Of a stretch of DNA of 64,000 nucleotides, positions 27,531 through 40,181 are shown one piece after another. Both the position numbers and the translations under genes were made by a program. Below the pieces are notes generated by a model. It searched no databases. It was not told the DNA's origin and worked only from the letters and a program-made list of their open reading frames with translations. The DNA lies in the NCBI GenBank assembly GCA_002189035.1, contig NEEC01000013.1, positions 310,001-374,000 on the forward strand, given 5' to 3'. How positions within the stretch are numbered: position 1 is the first letter of the stretch; each line of letters begins with the position of its first letter. Origin of the DNA: Utricularia gibba (Eukaryota > Plantae > Magnoliophyta).

Positions 27531-28918
27531 AAGAGCATATTTTTTGGGAGGTGAAATTAATTTTATGAGACTCGAATTTATTTTTGTAAAATAGAATTAG
27601 TTTCCAAAAATAGCTTAACACTTTTTTTTTACATGCCCACTCTTATTTATTTTGTAATTCAAGGACATGGAAAGGCTAGTTGTTTACAATGTTTTTTTTT
27701 CTTTATAGTGGAGAAGATTTTCATCAGAACCAAAATAATTTAGGAATTTTCACTTTCAGAAAGTTCAGAAGCGTATTAAATGCCAGGTGACGGAATGAAA
27801 ATTTCTCTGGAGTTTTTTAATATTTTCGCGTATTTATTTGATTTTCGTTTTCATATTCTTACATCTTTCATTCACAGACGGATAGCCATCATAAAATCTA
27901 TTCATATACTAATTTTAATCAGGATCATTAATACCGTACAACCGAAAGATTGATAAAAAAAAATAATAAATACTCTATTCGAAAAACTTGAATAAATCGT
28001 TGACTTTGTGAAACGGCGGTAAAAAAAAAAAAAGACTAAAAAAATGATATTTTACCTTGTGGAGAATCAACATCCAAATTAATAAATGAAATTTGACTAT
28101 AAATTCTCGATTTTACCATATAATTTTAAACATATATAGGCTGATATTATTGTTTCAAATAAAATTATTGAATAAAATAAAAGTAACAAAATTGCTATGA
28201 TTATTTTGGTTTAAATAGAATAAAACCTACATTATGAATAGATGGCTCGTTTTCTAAATGATCCCACAAATGATTCAGCTGTCATTTTGTGATGGACTTG
28301 CAAATAATTTTACAATTTCTGGTAATCTGCACTTGTACTAGTCGAGCTCCTGTAAGTGGTGGTTTCCAGAAGCAGTACCTGTTTCCGGGAGAAAATGAAA
28401 CTCATCACGGCATTCATTTCAGGGGTTGAAGTCGGGGAACTCCTCTGTCCGTCCGAGAAAAGTTTTATCTTTCCGATGCTTATGGCTTGTTGCTGTCTGC
28501 TGAAGTCAGAGAATGAGAAAACTTTTCATATGGCCCCCTCTCGTACTGTTTGGAGGATTCCTTTCGAAGCAAGTTGCTGTGTTTGATTTGGGTAAAGTAG
28601 GTTGAAGTTCTACTTAGATTTAGTGAATTTTTGTTCAAGAATGTCCCCGCTTCCTGACTGTGATGTGTCTGTGGTTATAATTACACAAAGAATTCCAGAA
28701 GCAACAAGTTGTAGACAAAAAAATATCTATCCATATGGTTGTGGTCCACTCCAGATTCTCGCGGCCTATGACCCTTATCACCTCCTGGTGCCATCCTTGT
28801 TTCAGAAAAAAAACTGTATTTGCTTCTTCTCATTCGGCCTAAGTATTAAACTTTGACAAGAGTTGGATCTCAAGGACAGAGAGTTGCGTAGGCCTGTTCC
28901 TGTTTTATGAGTTGAAGG

Positions 28919-31289
28919 ATGCACCAAAATGAGTGTTCAAGGATAGCAGGAAGAAAGAACGAATCTGGGATTATTTTCCATTTCTTAATGGTTTCCCATC
29001 CAGGTGAGTGAAGTGAAGTTCAATAATAATCTCTTAGTAAGCTTAGTTTTCTAATGTTGCAAATGTCCTTCAGGCTTGGTGATGATTTGTCGGAGTTAGT
29101 TTGGGAAAATGGTCAGGTTAGTGTGCAAGGACAATCTTCAAGGCCTTCTTTTGCCAACAATTTACCGTGTTGGGCTCAGAATGAAGCCGTTGGAGATCAA
29201 AAGGCTGGTATGGTGTATGGTATTTTGCCGGCAGTGCCATCAAGTGAATCAGATTTGGGTTTAAACAGTGAATTGACTCCCTGGTTGGACAATTTCTTTG
29301 ATGATGCAATGGAACATGAGTATGGCCCTCATCGTTTGCTTGAGGTATCTGCTGTCATGGAACATGGATTATCCGGACAGAACGGTTCTGAATTGGGTCT
29401 GAGTAATTTGAAAGCTGGTGAAAAGTGTCCTCCATTTTCGTATAAACCATACCTTCTATGGTCATCTCAAAACCCGCAGAAGTGCAGTGTTTCTGGATCC
29501 GGAGTTTCAGATGATGTTAGCAACCAGACGGAGTTTGTGTTTAGGAATCGAGATCCAGGGAGGGATGCATTTACTGACGGTTGGCGTAGAAAAAGCAATT
29601 CAAGAATGGTAAATTCGCCACACTGTTGTATACAAAAGGCAGCCAATCTCCAAGACCCTGTTGGAATCCCAGCTTCTGGGGGATCTAACAGCAAGAACAG
29701 TGACACTGATGTCCATGTTACATCTGCGCCAGAAGACCCGTCCAATTCTATGCCGGAGCTGACCAGGCAAGTACATAATCAGGATTTATCTAAAGGAACT
29801 GGCATTGGGACTGAGAAGCTTCAACTTCAAAGCCCTGAAATATTAGAGAAATATATATCTGGTAGCGAGGTACCAGTCGAGCTGAATGTAGCTTGCTCAT
29901 CCGTGGGCTCAGGACATAGTGCTGAAGTTGTTTCGTTGGATCGAAAAATTCAGCTTAAAAGAAAATCGTGTGACCCTGATGATCCTGGCCGCCATAACCA
30001 TGTAAGTAATGGAGATGATGGCCTTTGTCGATTTTTGTCAAATCCACTTAACTGTGTTTGTTTCATTGATAGGATGATGATGTAGTGTATGTGGCGGAGG
30101 AAAAACATGCTCTTCCCCGACGAGTTAGCGCATCAAAAAGAAGTGAAGTTGTGGAAGTTGAAACGGAGCATGTAGATGGGAAGAAACCTGCTCCTGCTAG
30201 ATCTACTGCCAGATCGAAAAGAAGCCGAGTACCCGAAGTGCATAATCTTTCAGAAAGGGTAAACAAGTTATCAATTCAAAGGTCGATTACATCAGCGTAT
30301 TGCATATTTGATTTTTTTTTTTTTGTCATTTAAAACGTCTAAACAGAGAAGAAGGGACAGGATCAATGAAAAAATGAAAGCACTTCAGGAATTAATACCC
30401 AGCTGCAACAAGGTAATGCTAGAATTTTCTCCTTCCCCATTGTCCATTTGCTGAGGGTTTGTTTGTTACTCGCAGCTGGATAAAGCTTCAATGCTTGGTG
30501 AGGCAATTGAGTATATGAAAATGCTGCAATTCCAAGTACAGGTACCTGAAGCTCAACTTCTTCTCTGTGTAATTCTTGTGATCTGCGATGAAAAAGCAGC
30601 CTGTTTTCCTGTTGAAAGAGTGCTATACACTTCGTAGAGATGTCAAGATTTGAATTGTAGGTGGTTTGAAGCTTTTTTTCTTCTAATTATCCATTGCTGT
30701 GTGCCATTCAGTTTATGTCAATGGGAGGTAGATTATGCGTGCAACCAGTGATGTTCCCTCAACCCATGTATCCTCTTCTTACTCCTTTTCTGCCAATGGG
30801 AGCCGGAAAGAGTCCCTGTATGGTGGGCAGCAGATTCTCTGTTTTCCCTGCAAGTGTTCCTCAAGTACCGCACTTCACTTGTCCAGTAACCGGACCCGGA
30901 CCCAGACCCGGACCCGGAGCATCCAGTATGTTCAGAGCCCCTGGTTCTGGTCTCCCGGTCTGCGGACACCCTTTAAAAGGACCTCCACGGCCATCGGAGC
31001 AAAGACCGAAACCGTGTCCCATAAATTCACGCCAGACATCCATTCCTTCTACAAGTTGTGACAGTAAACAGCCACCTCCACCCCCGGTCCCTGATCCCGT
31101 GAACCCAAATTCGAAAATCGGCGTGATCAGCCATCATCCTCGTCAGGTTTCTTTCTCTCCCTTTTCTTCATGAGATCCACGGCTTCTTTAAACTGACTGC
31201 CCTCTTAGTTTTCCCGTGAATCTCAGGTTAAAGTGATGAAGCAGTCCACTCGTGGTGTCAAAGCTTTACCTTCCCATATCACCAGCTAA
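28919..31289 (+). CDS. PIF3: PIF3-like phytochrome-interacting bHLH, divergent; first exon out of frame as assembled
   Basis: Exons 28919-29003 (frame problem), 29074-30001, 30073-30258, 30347-30412, 30476-30541, 30712-31146, 31227-31289. APB-type [14 protein letters not shown], a PWL...HEY block, and b[40 protein letters not shown]. Lies next to Haspin; as I recall, the two are also near neighbours in Arabidopsis (At1g09450/At1g09530). Confidence 0.8.
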
Positions 31290-33994
31290 CCCACCCAGAG
31301 TCGACAGAAGCCCCGGGCTCTATCCTCCTGCCACGCCATCCAAGTGACTGCACAAGCAGCTTTCCTTGTGAGGCTGATTCGTGAACTGAATGAATCTGCT
31401 TCCATGATTTAACTTACCACATCCTTCCTTTTATAACTCGAGATGAAATATACAGAATTTAAGTTTGGGCATGTATTCTATTCTTCTTGTGTGGTGTCTG
31501 GTGGAGCACAGGATAATTGTTTGTGTTTTCCACCCCTCATGATGCATGTAATTCAAGGTAAATCCTGACAGCAGTAACTTTTGGTTGTTAGATTTTACAA
31601 TTTTCATCTTCACTTTATAATTCAAGTCCTCAAACAAACGCCAACGAACCGGGCGAAGAAGAGTACGCCATGAGTTGAATCCCCGGGTACTCAAAACGTT
31701 TTTAAATTTGGCAACCAAATGCCTAAGATTTTTTCTAATTTGGGAATCTCAACATGCAGAAGCATTAATAAAAAAAGATTTTGAGAAAATACGTACGAAA
31801 AACGGTGCTCGTTTTTTGAAGAATTGAAGAATTCTTCGTGTGTGAGTCTTCAATTTGCGTTAATTGGTAAGAAAGATGTAGTTTTGTGTACAAAACTGAA
31901 TAATAGTATATATAAAGTAGGCTAAACAGGTATAATAAATTGAACTATTCTTTTATTCAGTTTTCAAAAGAAGAGATTACGAATATAATCTGTACGAATT
32001 ATTTCGCAACTTCTATTTAATTCATAAATATAAGTTATTAAATAAATAGAATCAAAATAAATAGTTGTGATTTGTGTAGTTTATTATTTATTTACAATGA
32101 AATAAATGTATTTCTATCTCACTCAAATTTGGTGTATTGAAGGCAAAGATATTTGTTGAAATAAGTTGGTATCTTATTTTGATAAGTAAAGTAAACATAA
32201 ATTATAAAATAAATTGAGTTTTAAATAGAATTGTAGACAAATTTAAAATAAATAAAAGTTAAATATAAATTTGAGTAGAAGTTACAAATAATTAAAAATG
32301 TGATAGTTGTGTAAAAAGTAATTTTAACTATTATTTTAAATAATAAATTAAAAAATAACTCATGCACACTATATCATACAATTTTTATTTAAAAAATGCT
32401 CTTTACTTAGAAAGACTTGTGATTTTTACCGTGGTAATCTTGTACATATAACCATTGTATTAAATATGATACTAGACCTTGTGTATCTATAGATTTTACT
32501 CTAGATTTCCTGTTTTATCAATACAGTTTATAGTCAATCATTCTAGTTTAATTATTTTCTGCATTCCTTTTGTAGATTTACTCATCTATTTTAATTTCCA
32601 TAATAGATGAGATTAATAAAAAAAATTACTAAAATAAATGTAGTTTTTTTTTGTTTGATAAATATATGATGTTATTAAAATATTAAGTTATGATTATTTA
32701 ATTATTTATTTTCTATTAATTTAAATGACAATAAATAATGTTATGAAATAATAATAATTAAACAATAATTTAATATTTAATTAATTTAATAAAATTATTA
32801 AGTTTTTTTTAACATTTAAAATATATAAAATAATATATTTAACTTGGATATTTTTAAAATGATTTTATAATATAAAACACGTGGTTAATATTGAAAGATA
32901 ATAAAGTTATGATTGATAATGAGATATATAAATAAATAATTGAAATTGAATCTTGTAGTAAAAATATCTTCAAATTTTCTCTATAAATAACTTCAAAATT
33001 TCATAAAAACTCAACAAAACATTTCAATTTTTCTAGCTTCTTCTAATTCAATGCAACAATGAAAAAAATAGTGCTTAAGATCCTTTTATAGAAAACATAT
33101 CATTCATGATAAATTAGATTATGTATTGTATGATCGAGATCCAATAAAAATAATAAAATTAAAAAGTACTATAATATATGAAAAAATAGTTGAGTAACTT
33201 GCAAATGAATTAAAATTAAATTTAAATTTTCTTGAATTTAATTTAACCACTAGTTTTACGATTTTAATACCGGAAGTGTATAAATATTTCAAATATAAAT
33301 ATGCTGTGATTTGTTTTGAACCCAAATAATTATAAGTATGATATAGGATTGTTTGTGAGTATAAAAGTTAAGTGGGGTAAGATTTTAACCAATTATCATG
33401 ATATATTTTCAATTATTTTAATATCATATTTTATAATTTTTCGAACATTATATTTCTATTACCCTTTTTTATTCTATGTACAATTTCATATTTTATATAT
33501 TTTACTACATTGATTCAATAATAGTAATATATATTCTTTTGTTATCATAAGAATTTATATTTCATTTCATTTGATTAATTTAAATTCTTGTTTTTAGTTT
33601 TATATATAATTTTATATCAATCTTTTTCTTTTATTAACACATTTTCTTTTTATTACTATAACTATTTTATAGTTATTAGAACTTTTAATTTTTCTTCTTT
33701 AATTAGAAATACTTAGAACCTTATTATAGATTTTTACACTTGAAAACAAACTAATCCTTTAATTATGCCTATGATTTTTATGATAGAATTCAAATAGACA
33801 CTTATGATGGTGACAACAAAATTTTGAGAAAATATATGCAATTTTAAAGATAAATAGAAGCTTTTTGATATAGTGACTCTTTATCATATAAAAATTGAAC
33901 ATAGAGAAATAAGAATGAAAAGTAATTTATAGAAACAATATTGTATTGGGTGTCGACAAAATAAGGAAGAAAACTCTAATTGCTTATTCTATCT

Positions 33995-35410
33995 ATGGGT
34001 CAGCTTTCAAAAACAAACAAGAACTTGAAATATTTCTAAGCTAATGTGACCTCATACATGTGAGATAAGTTCTAGGTTTTTCAAATCAAATGTTAATCTG
34101 ACTATTAAGTACATTGTTCCAAGATTAAAAAAACTTGCTCCAAAAAAACTTACTAATGGATTTGTATGCTTATATATTAAACAACTATGGGGATGTAATA
34201 TATTGAGATCAAATCCATGGAAATATATAGTTTGTGCTCATGAATTAGAATTTGGAACTTGGGAATTGTTAATTAGAGAGCTAGTAAACTTTTTTCAAAA
34301 GCTTAAGTCTAGTAATCTCTACACCATTGTAGAATGGGAACACAACGAAGACGCATGTGAGCGAAATTTATTTAAGTATGTCTTCTGGGTATTTGGATTC
34401 TCTATTCAAGGTTTTTGATATTATAGTTCAGTTTTCTGTATTGATGGCACTCATCTCTATGGTAGTTACAATTATAAGCTGCTAGTGTGTGTGGATATCG
34501 ATGAAACTAATTGTACTTTTATGATCAGATATGCTTTTGTCTATGGAGAATTAGTAGAAGATTGTGAATTCTTCATGCGACAACTTGATCAACATGTTGT
34601 CTATGCAAGAAATGGTGTTTGTATAATAATTGATTATGGTCCTAGTTTAATCATCGCATATAAAAGATATAAATGGTTTAGTTATCTTTATGAAATACAT
34701 CGTTGGTGTAATTTTTATATTCGAAAGAATTGTATGTCATTTATTAATAAAAAGTCGAAGGAAGTTGGGTATTGGATCGAAACTACATCATATGTTAGAA
34801 ATGAAAAAGATTTCAATGCAGTGATATTGCAGATATAAAAAAGAACTCTTGATATAGTTGATTACTTACTAAAAATTCTAAAAAAAGAATGGACATTACT
34901 TTACGATGGAAGATATAAATATATAAACTTAATGAATTTATTATATTTAATTAAATTATTTAATTTATTTTATTTAAAACATATACTCGATCATGATCAT
35001 AAACCTGTTTTTATGAACAATGATTTACGAGTCGCTTGAAGACAACTTCCAACTACCCTTACGAAAGTAAGCGATTAATTAATTTATCTTCAATTGAAAA
35101 TATAATTGGTATATTACATGATACTTTAAGGTAATATTTAATAAATCATGTGAGTATTTTGAGCGATATAGGATAGTAACGCATGAATGACATGCAAATA
35201 GAATATTTTTGGATAATAAGATTTATGAAAAGTATGAGCAAACATCGATACTTATATAAAATCTAAATTGCAAAAAATACGACTCAATAAATCAAACTTG
35301 TACAGTGGAATTTCAAACGCAACATTCAGTAGACATAAAAATAGTCGAAGTTCGAGATGGAAAATGTGAATGCGGGGTTTTGCAGATTGATTGATATCCA
35401 TGTGCTCATG
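33995..35410 (+). pseudogene. MULE/MuDR transposase remnant
   Basis: MGQ.FKNKQEL, FKYVFWVFGFSIQGF, FCIDGTHLYGSY (DDE first Asp) and SWIM CECGVLQID*YPCAH at about 35365-35410. Many stops. Confidence 0.8.
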
Positions 35411-36958
35411 CCAAGATAGTAAATGGTTTATACATCACACTAATTCAATACAATTGTTTAATTTTTATATCTAAAATAAATAATTTGTAGACTTCATTAA
35501 TTTCGTGTGAATCTATTGTATAGGATGAGTGTTTATTATACTATTATGTATTTGCTTAACAACTATGTAGAAGTTGTTAACCCTTTATGTGATGAATGCT
35601 ATTGAGCTCATACACTATTTTAGGTTTTCATAGACCCTTTGTGAAAAAGGAAAAATCAGATCATAACAATACTACTTAACACAAGGGTTCCATTAATTAT
35701 TAAAAGAATGATAAATATGGATCACGATACAAACAAAAATCAAAAGACAAATATCAAGATAATAGACCAAATAACATTCTTCCAATCCCAATGTAAACTT
35801 CATCTTTCAACTATTTTTATAGACATTCATCATTCCACAAGAGCTACTATACACAGAGTATCATGACTCTTGCTATTGCACAATATTCTACATCAATATT
35901 ACAATCAAACCCACTTGACTTAGCAACAACATTAACAATTTTATATAAAAAATTGAAGTTAAAGAGAATCATTTTTTTTCTTTTTATTCGTTAATTTCAA
36001 TAATTGTCATTTGATTTATGTGATATTTGGCTTCTTTGTTTGCTATGATTGGTTGAATATTAAATTTTGCATTTGTCATTATAAGTAATTTGTAAGATCA
36101 CATATCATGTTATAAAATGAATAAACATTAATCATCTATAATTTTATATAATCTATAATTGAAATCAATATGATTTTTGAGTTAAATAAAAATGAAATAA
36201 ATGATGAAATTGTCAGACATAAAAAACACATATGGTTAAATTAATTTTTTGAAACAAATGTGATAAGATTATAAATTATTAAAAACCAAATAAATGATTT
36301 TTTATATTTATTTAAATTTAAATAGATGATTTATATATAGTAACTTGATTATTTTTATATTTTATAAATTAATATATCATTTATGTAATTATTTATAACA
36401 AAATTTGTAGCAATATTAATTTATTTGTATTTAAAAAGTTTTTAAATATATATTGAATATATTAGATTATTTTAAAATATTATGGAAATAATATATAGTT
36501 ATTTAATTAATAATATTTTCTAATAATGAAATATATATTTTTTATAAAATTTCAAAACTCATTTATCTTGTAAATCAAAACTCAAACATTATGTATTTTA
36601 CAAATTATTTTTAAATATCATCTATTTTGAAAAATAAAAACTGAAAATACAACAGTGCATTGCCACTTATCACCTGTTTGAGTCAACAGTGTTTATGTTT
36701 GACATTCGGCTTTGGAGTTCCTTTTTCTGAGGCAAATGCACTGCAGTTGATTGATCTTCTTGGGGGCGAGGTGCTTTGGGATTCTCTTCATGTCTCCTAC
36801 AACCCAAGATTCATTATCACAATCATTTGAAAGATGAAAGATGGGAAACCAATGAAAACAAAGCATGTGGTCGGGGGTCAATCAATCACTGCGTCAAAAC
36901 TTCTTCAGTCCGCCCCCTCGCACAATTACGTGGAAGCTCAGGCTCGCGTGAATCCGCC

Positions 36959-38005
36959 ATGGAAAAGCTTTCCTTACTCCTGTGCTCCATCATCCTCGCC
37001 GTCGGCAGCTGTGGCGGCCCTTTAATCATGCGCCTCTACTTCATCCACGGCGGCCGCAGCATCTGGTTAAGCAGTTTCCTTGAAACCGCCGGTTTCCCAC
37101 TCCTCCTCATCCCCTTCCTCCTCGATTACTTCCGCCGCCGCGGCTCTAAATTCATCAGCCTAAAGCCAAAACTCTTTCTCGCCGGCGCAGTCATCGGCCT
37201 CCTCACAGGCCTCGACAACTACTTGTACGCTTACGGCGTCGCCAAACTCCCCATCAGCACTTCCTCCTTAATAATCGCCACTCAATTGGGCTTCGTCGCC
37301 GTTTTCGCCTTCTTCCTCGTGAAACAAAAATTCACCCCATACTCGATCAACGCGGTGGTGCTTCTCACCGTCGGCGCTGCAGTCCTCGCCCTCCACGCCT
37401 CCGGCGACAAGCCAAAGGGAGAATCGGACAAAGACTACGTGATGGGCTTCGTGATGACCTTAGCGGCGGCGGCGTTATACGGACTGATTTTGCCCTTGGT
37501 GGAGATGGCGTATGCCAAATCGGGGCAAGTTATTGGTTACACCGTGGTGATTGAATTCCAGTTGGTGATTAGTTTCTTTGCCACCGCACTGTGCGCCGTC
37601 GGGATGCTCGCGAATGGAGATTTGCAGAGGATTCCGATTGAGAGCAGGGGTTTCGAACTGGGCGTCGCAAAATACTACGCGGTGGTAGTGAGCAGCGCCT
37701 TAGTCTGGCAGTTGTTCTTCATGGGGATAACGGGAGTGATCTTCTGCTCCTCCGCGTTCTACTCCGGCATTATCATAACGTTTCTTCTACCGCCAACAGA
37801 GATATTAGCTGTTGTTCTCCTCCAGGAGAAGTTCCGGGAGGAGAAGGGGGTTTCTCTGGTGTTATCGCTCTGGGGTTTCGTTTCGTACTTCTACGGTGAG
37901 TGGAGGACACTCCGCCGCCACAGGAATAAAATGAGCCTCGAAGTGAGCGGCGGTGAAATAGAGGCGCCGGCGGTGTCGATTCCCGTTGCCACGCCGCCGC
38001 CTTGA
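36959..38005 (+). CDS. Purine permease (PUP1/PUP3-like), single exon, 348 aa
   Basis: Uninterrupted ORF from ATG 36959 (the longer track ORF starts at a TTG). Motifs GGPLIMRLYFIHGG, LETAGFP, LPISTSSLIIATQL, QKFTPYSINAVVLLT, LSLWGFVSYFYGE. Multiple hydrophobic segments. Confidence 0.93.
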   Translation: MEKLSLLLCSIILAVGSCGGPLIMRLYFIHGGRSIWLSSFLETAGFPLLLIPFLLDYFRRRGSKFISLKPKLFLAGAVIGLLTGLDNYLYAYGVAKLPISTSSLIIATQLGFVAVFAFFLVKQKFTPYSINAVVLLTVGAAVLALHASGDKPKGESDKDYVMGFVMTLAAAALYGLILPLVEMAYAKSGQVIGYTVVIEFQLVISFFATALCAVGMLANGDLQRIPIESRGFELGVAKYYAVVVSSALVWQLFFMGITGVIFCSSAFYSGIIITFLLPPTEILAVVLLQEKFREEKGVSLVLSLWGFVSYFYGEWRTLRRHRNKMSLEVSGGEIEAPAVSIPVATPPP

Positions 38006-38380
38006 TTTGAGAACACCTGTGCCGTGTGGGGAGGGTGATGGCGCCGTACAATGCCAATGAAACCGAGATCGAGTCCAGTGGCCCGCCCGCCGATGTCTGT
38101 ATTGCGTTGCGTTTGTAGCTATCAATAATTGTCGGGCGGGTGTCAATCATCTCCTTTCTAAACAACCAATGTCCCCATGGCACATGACTGGGTTCCTTTT
38201 GTCAGATATGAACTATTTATTTTAAATACGCATAAATTCGATTATTTCAATAGAAAATCAAATTTTCAGAATGAATTCTATTGAACCCAGACAAAAGTGG
38301 GACTACAATCCGTTATGCCTCTTATGGATCGGGCTGGTAAACCCGTTTTCGTATGTGGTGGTAATGGACAACAAGAATGA

Positions 38381-38596
38381 ATGGATGGAAGCGAGCTTGG
38401 ACACGGCATAGCGGGGTCGCACAAATGGAGAAAATACGCAAAAAAATGGGTCAAAAATATCTCATGGATATTGAAAATGAAAGGGGTGACCGAGGCCGAG
38501 CAAGAATCACGAAGAAGATACCTCCCTCCTATGCCAATAACTGAAGTGAAAGGTACGGCCAGGAGCTGTTTTCCAAATTTTCATACTGAAAGATAG
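38381..38596 (+). pseudogene. Short ORF (71 aa) with a WRKY-domain signature but no zinc finger
   Basis: KWRKYAKKWVKN at 38423-38458 versus group IIc KWRKYGKKxVKN, preceded by SEL. No CxxxxC...HxH is found nearby. Confidence 0.55.
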
Positions 38597-39789
38597 GAGC
38601 TCAACGAACACAAATCCTTACAAACTTCAAGATTAAATAGAATGAAAAATCACTAGGACATGGCGTCACATAATCTAATTCAATCAAAAATGGTTTTTGG
38701 ATGGGCTAATTTCAAACTTTGTTCAAAATTTCTTTATTTTTTATTGATTTTGTTTTTAGTAGGAACATAAATAGTAATACGTAAATGAAGATACAAGATT
38801 TTTTTTAAAAAAAATAAGAATTGAAGAATAAGGAGAAAATTATGGAGCTATTGAAATCCACCACTGTATTGCTTTGTACTTGAGTTGGAGTTACACTCCA
38901 AACATACAATTTTGATCTAAATATGATCAAACAAGGTCTATTGAATGGTCATGTGCTGATTTGAGGTGAGTGAGAGGCCAGCTTGGTTAGTGAGTTAAGG
39001 GCAAGTGAAAAATTTCACTTGGTATCAAGGGTCATAGCGTCCATTAAGCCTTAGCACCTGTGAAGGCGTTTAGCAGACTTGAATGCCTATAAAGCCTATG
39101 TGTTAGGGAAGGCCTCTAGCCAACGTGAATACCTAAAAACATTTAGAATGTGTGAGTGTAAGGAGGATAGTAATTTATAAGGTAAAACCCATAATTCTAG
39201 GAAACCTCATGTGCTTGAGAATCTCCTCAAGAAATCTAGAAATCCATTATGGGTATTTTTAGGTTACAAATCTATGTAAACTACACACGCTTGACAACCC
39301 CAAAGTAGGCACACTCGCACAGGTGCTACACACCGCACTCTAGCGATGATCGCATAGTTGGTACACACCATGCTCTAATGATGATGCCGCCTCCAGCTCT
39401 TTAATCATCTCACAAGTTGGTAACAAGTCCCCAGACAATTGTATGACATGGATGCCAATCGTTAGACCCAATATGACAATGATGTTCTCCACTTGTTGTG
39501 ACCCAATTGCAATCTAGCACCATTTCTAGTAATACTTTCAGTCTACTAAGGAAACCACCAACAACTTGTGGTTGTATAATCACCCTCTTAGATTTGAAAG
39601 TAGTTCGGTTATAATATTTCATCACAAGTCTTACTTTCACAAGTTGCAAATGTCTAGAAGAAACAAGAGGCTTTGCCACCATAACTATTAAGTTACTTGC
39701 TGTGCACACTTTCTTAAAATCAAGAGTTAACTCCTTCATGATGTCTATGATCCAATACTGCATATCCATGTACTTGGTTTTAGAGTGAT

Positions 39790-40181
39790 TGTTAAAAACA
39801 ATGTCACATTAATCATATAGGAAGGCCCACTAAGAGAGACTTGTCAAAAAGAATAGGCACAATACTACACATCACTGTAGCATTATGGGGCCGAAAATCT
39901 TCCAAAAGATCCTCCTTCACAGTCTGATTTTTAGCACTTGATTTTCTCATCATGAGCAGTGTGCCCTGTATGTCACTGCATTCTGTAATCTCATATTTTT
40001 GTGGTGTTTCTAATCCGTGGTTTTTTTCCTTCAAGGTTTCCACATAACCTTAGTATCCCTTGCCTTTATCTATAAAACACACTGCATAACTCACATATAA
40101 GGCAAGATAGTAATATGGTGCTTATGACTTTATGAAGAAAGTCCATGCAAATCAGCCAAGATCCTCTGACAAAAGCTAAAA
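39790..40181 (+). repeat. 5' LTR of the nested copia
   Basis: Direct repeat of 44274-44665, with about 10 mismatches in the first 100 bp and more centrally. Confidence 0.9.

Noticed and set aside
31900-33900. Helitron or MITE in the extremely AT-rich stretch, including the small palindrome TTACCGTGGTAA
   Set aside because: No correctly spaced hairpin-CTRR end, TIR pair or TSD could be established.
36776-36958. 61-aa N-terminal extension of the purine permease
   Set aside because: The track ORF begins at TTG. Homology and a normal ATG both start at 36959.
37773-38183. Antisense ORFs over the permease (likewise those over SKS, MAPK and PIF exons)
   Set aside because: These are expected shadow frames of GC-rich coding sequence and have no recognisable motifs.
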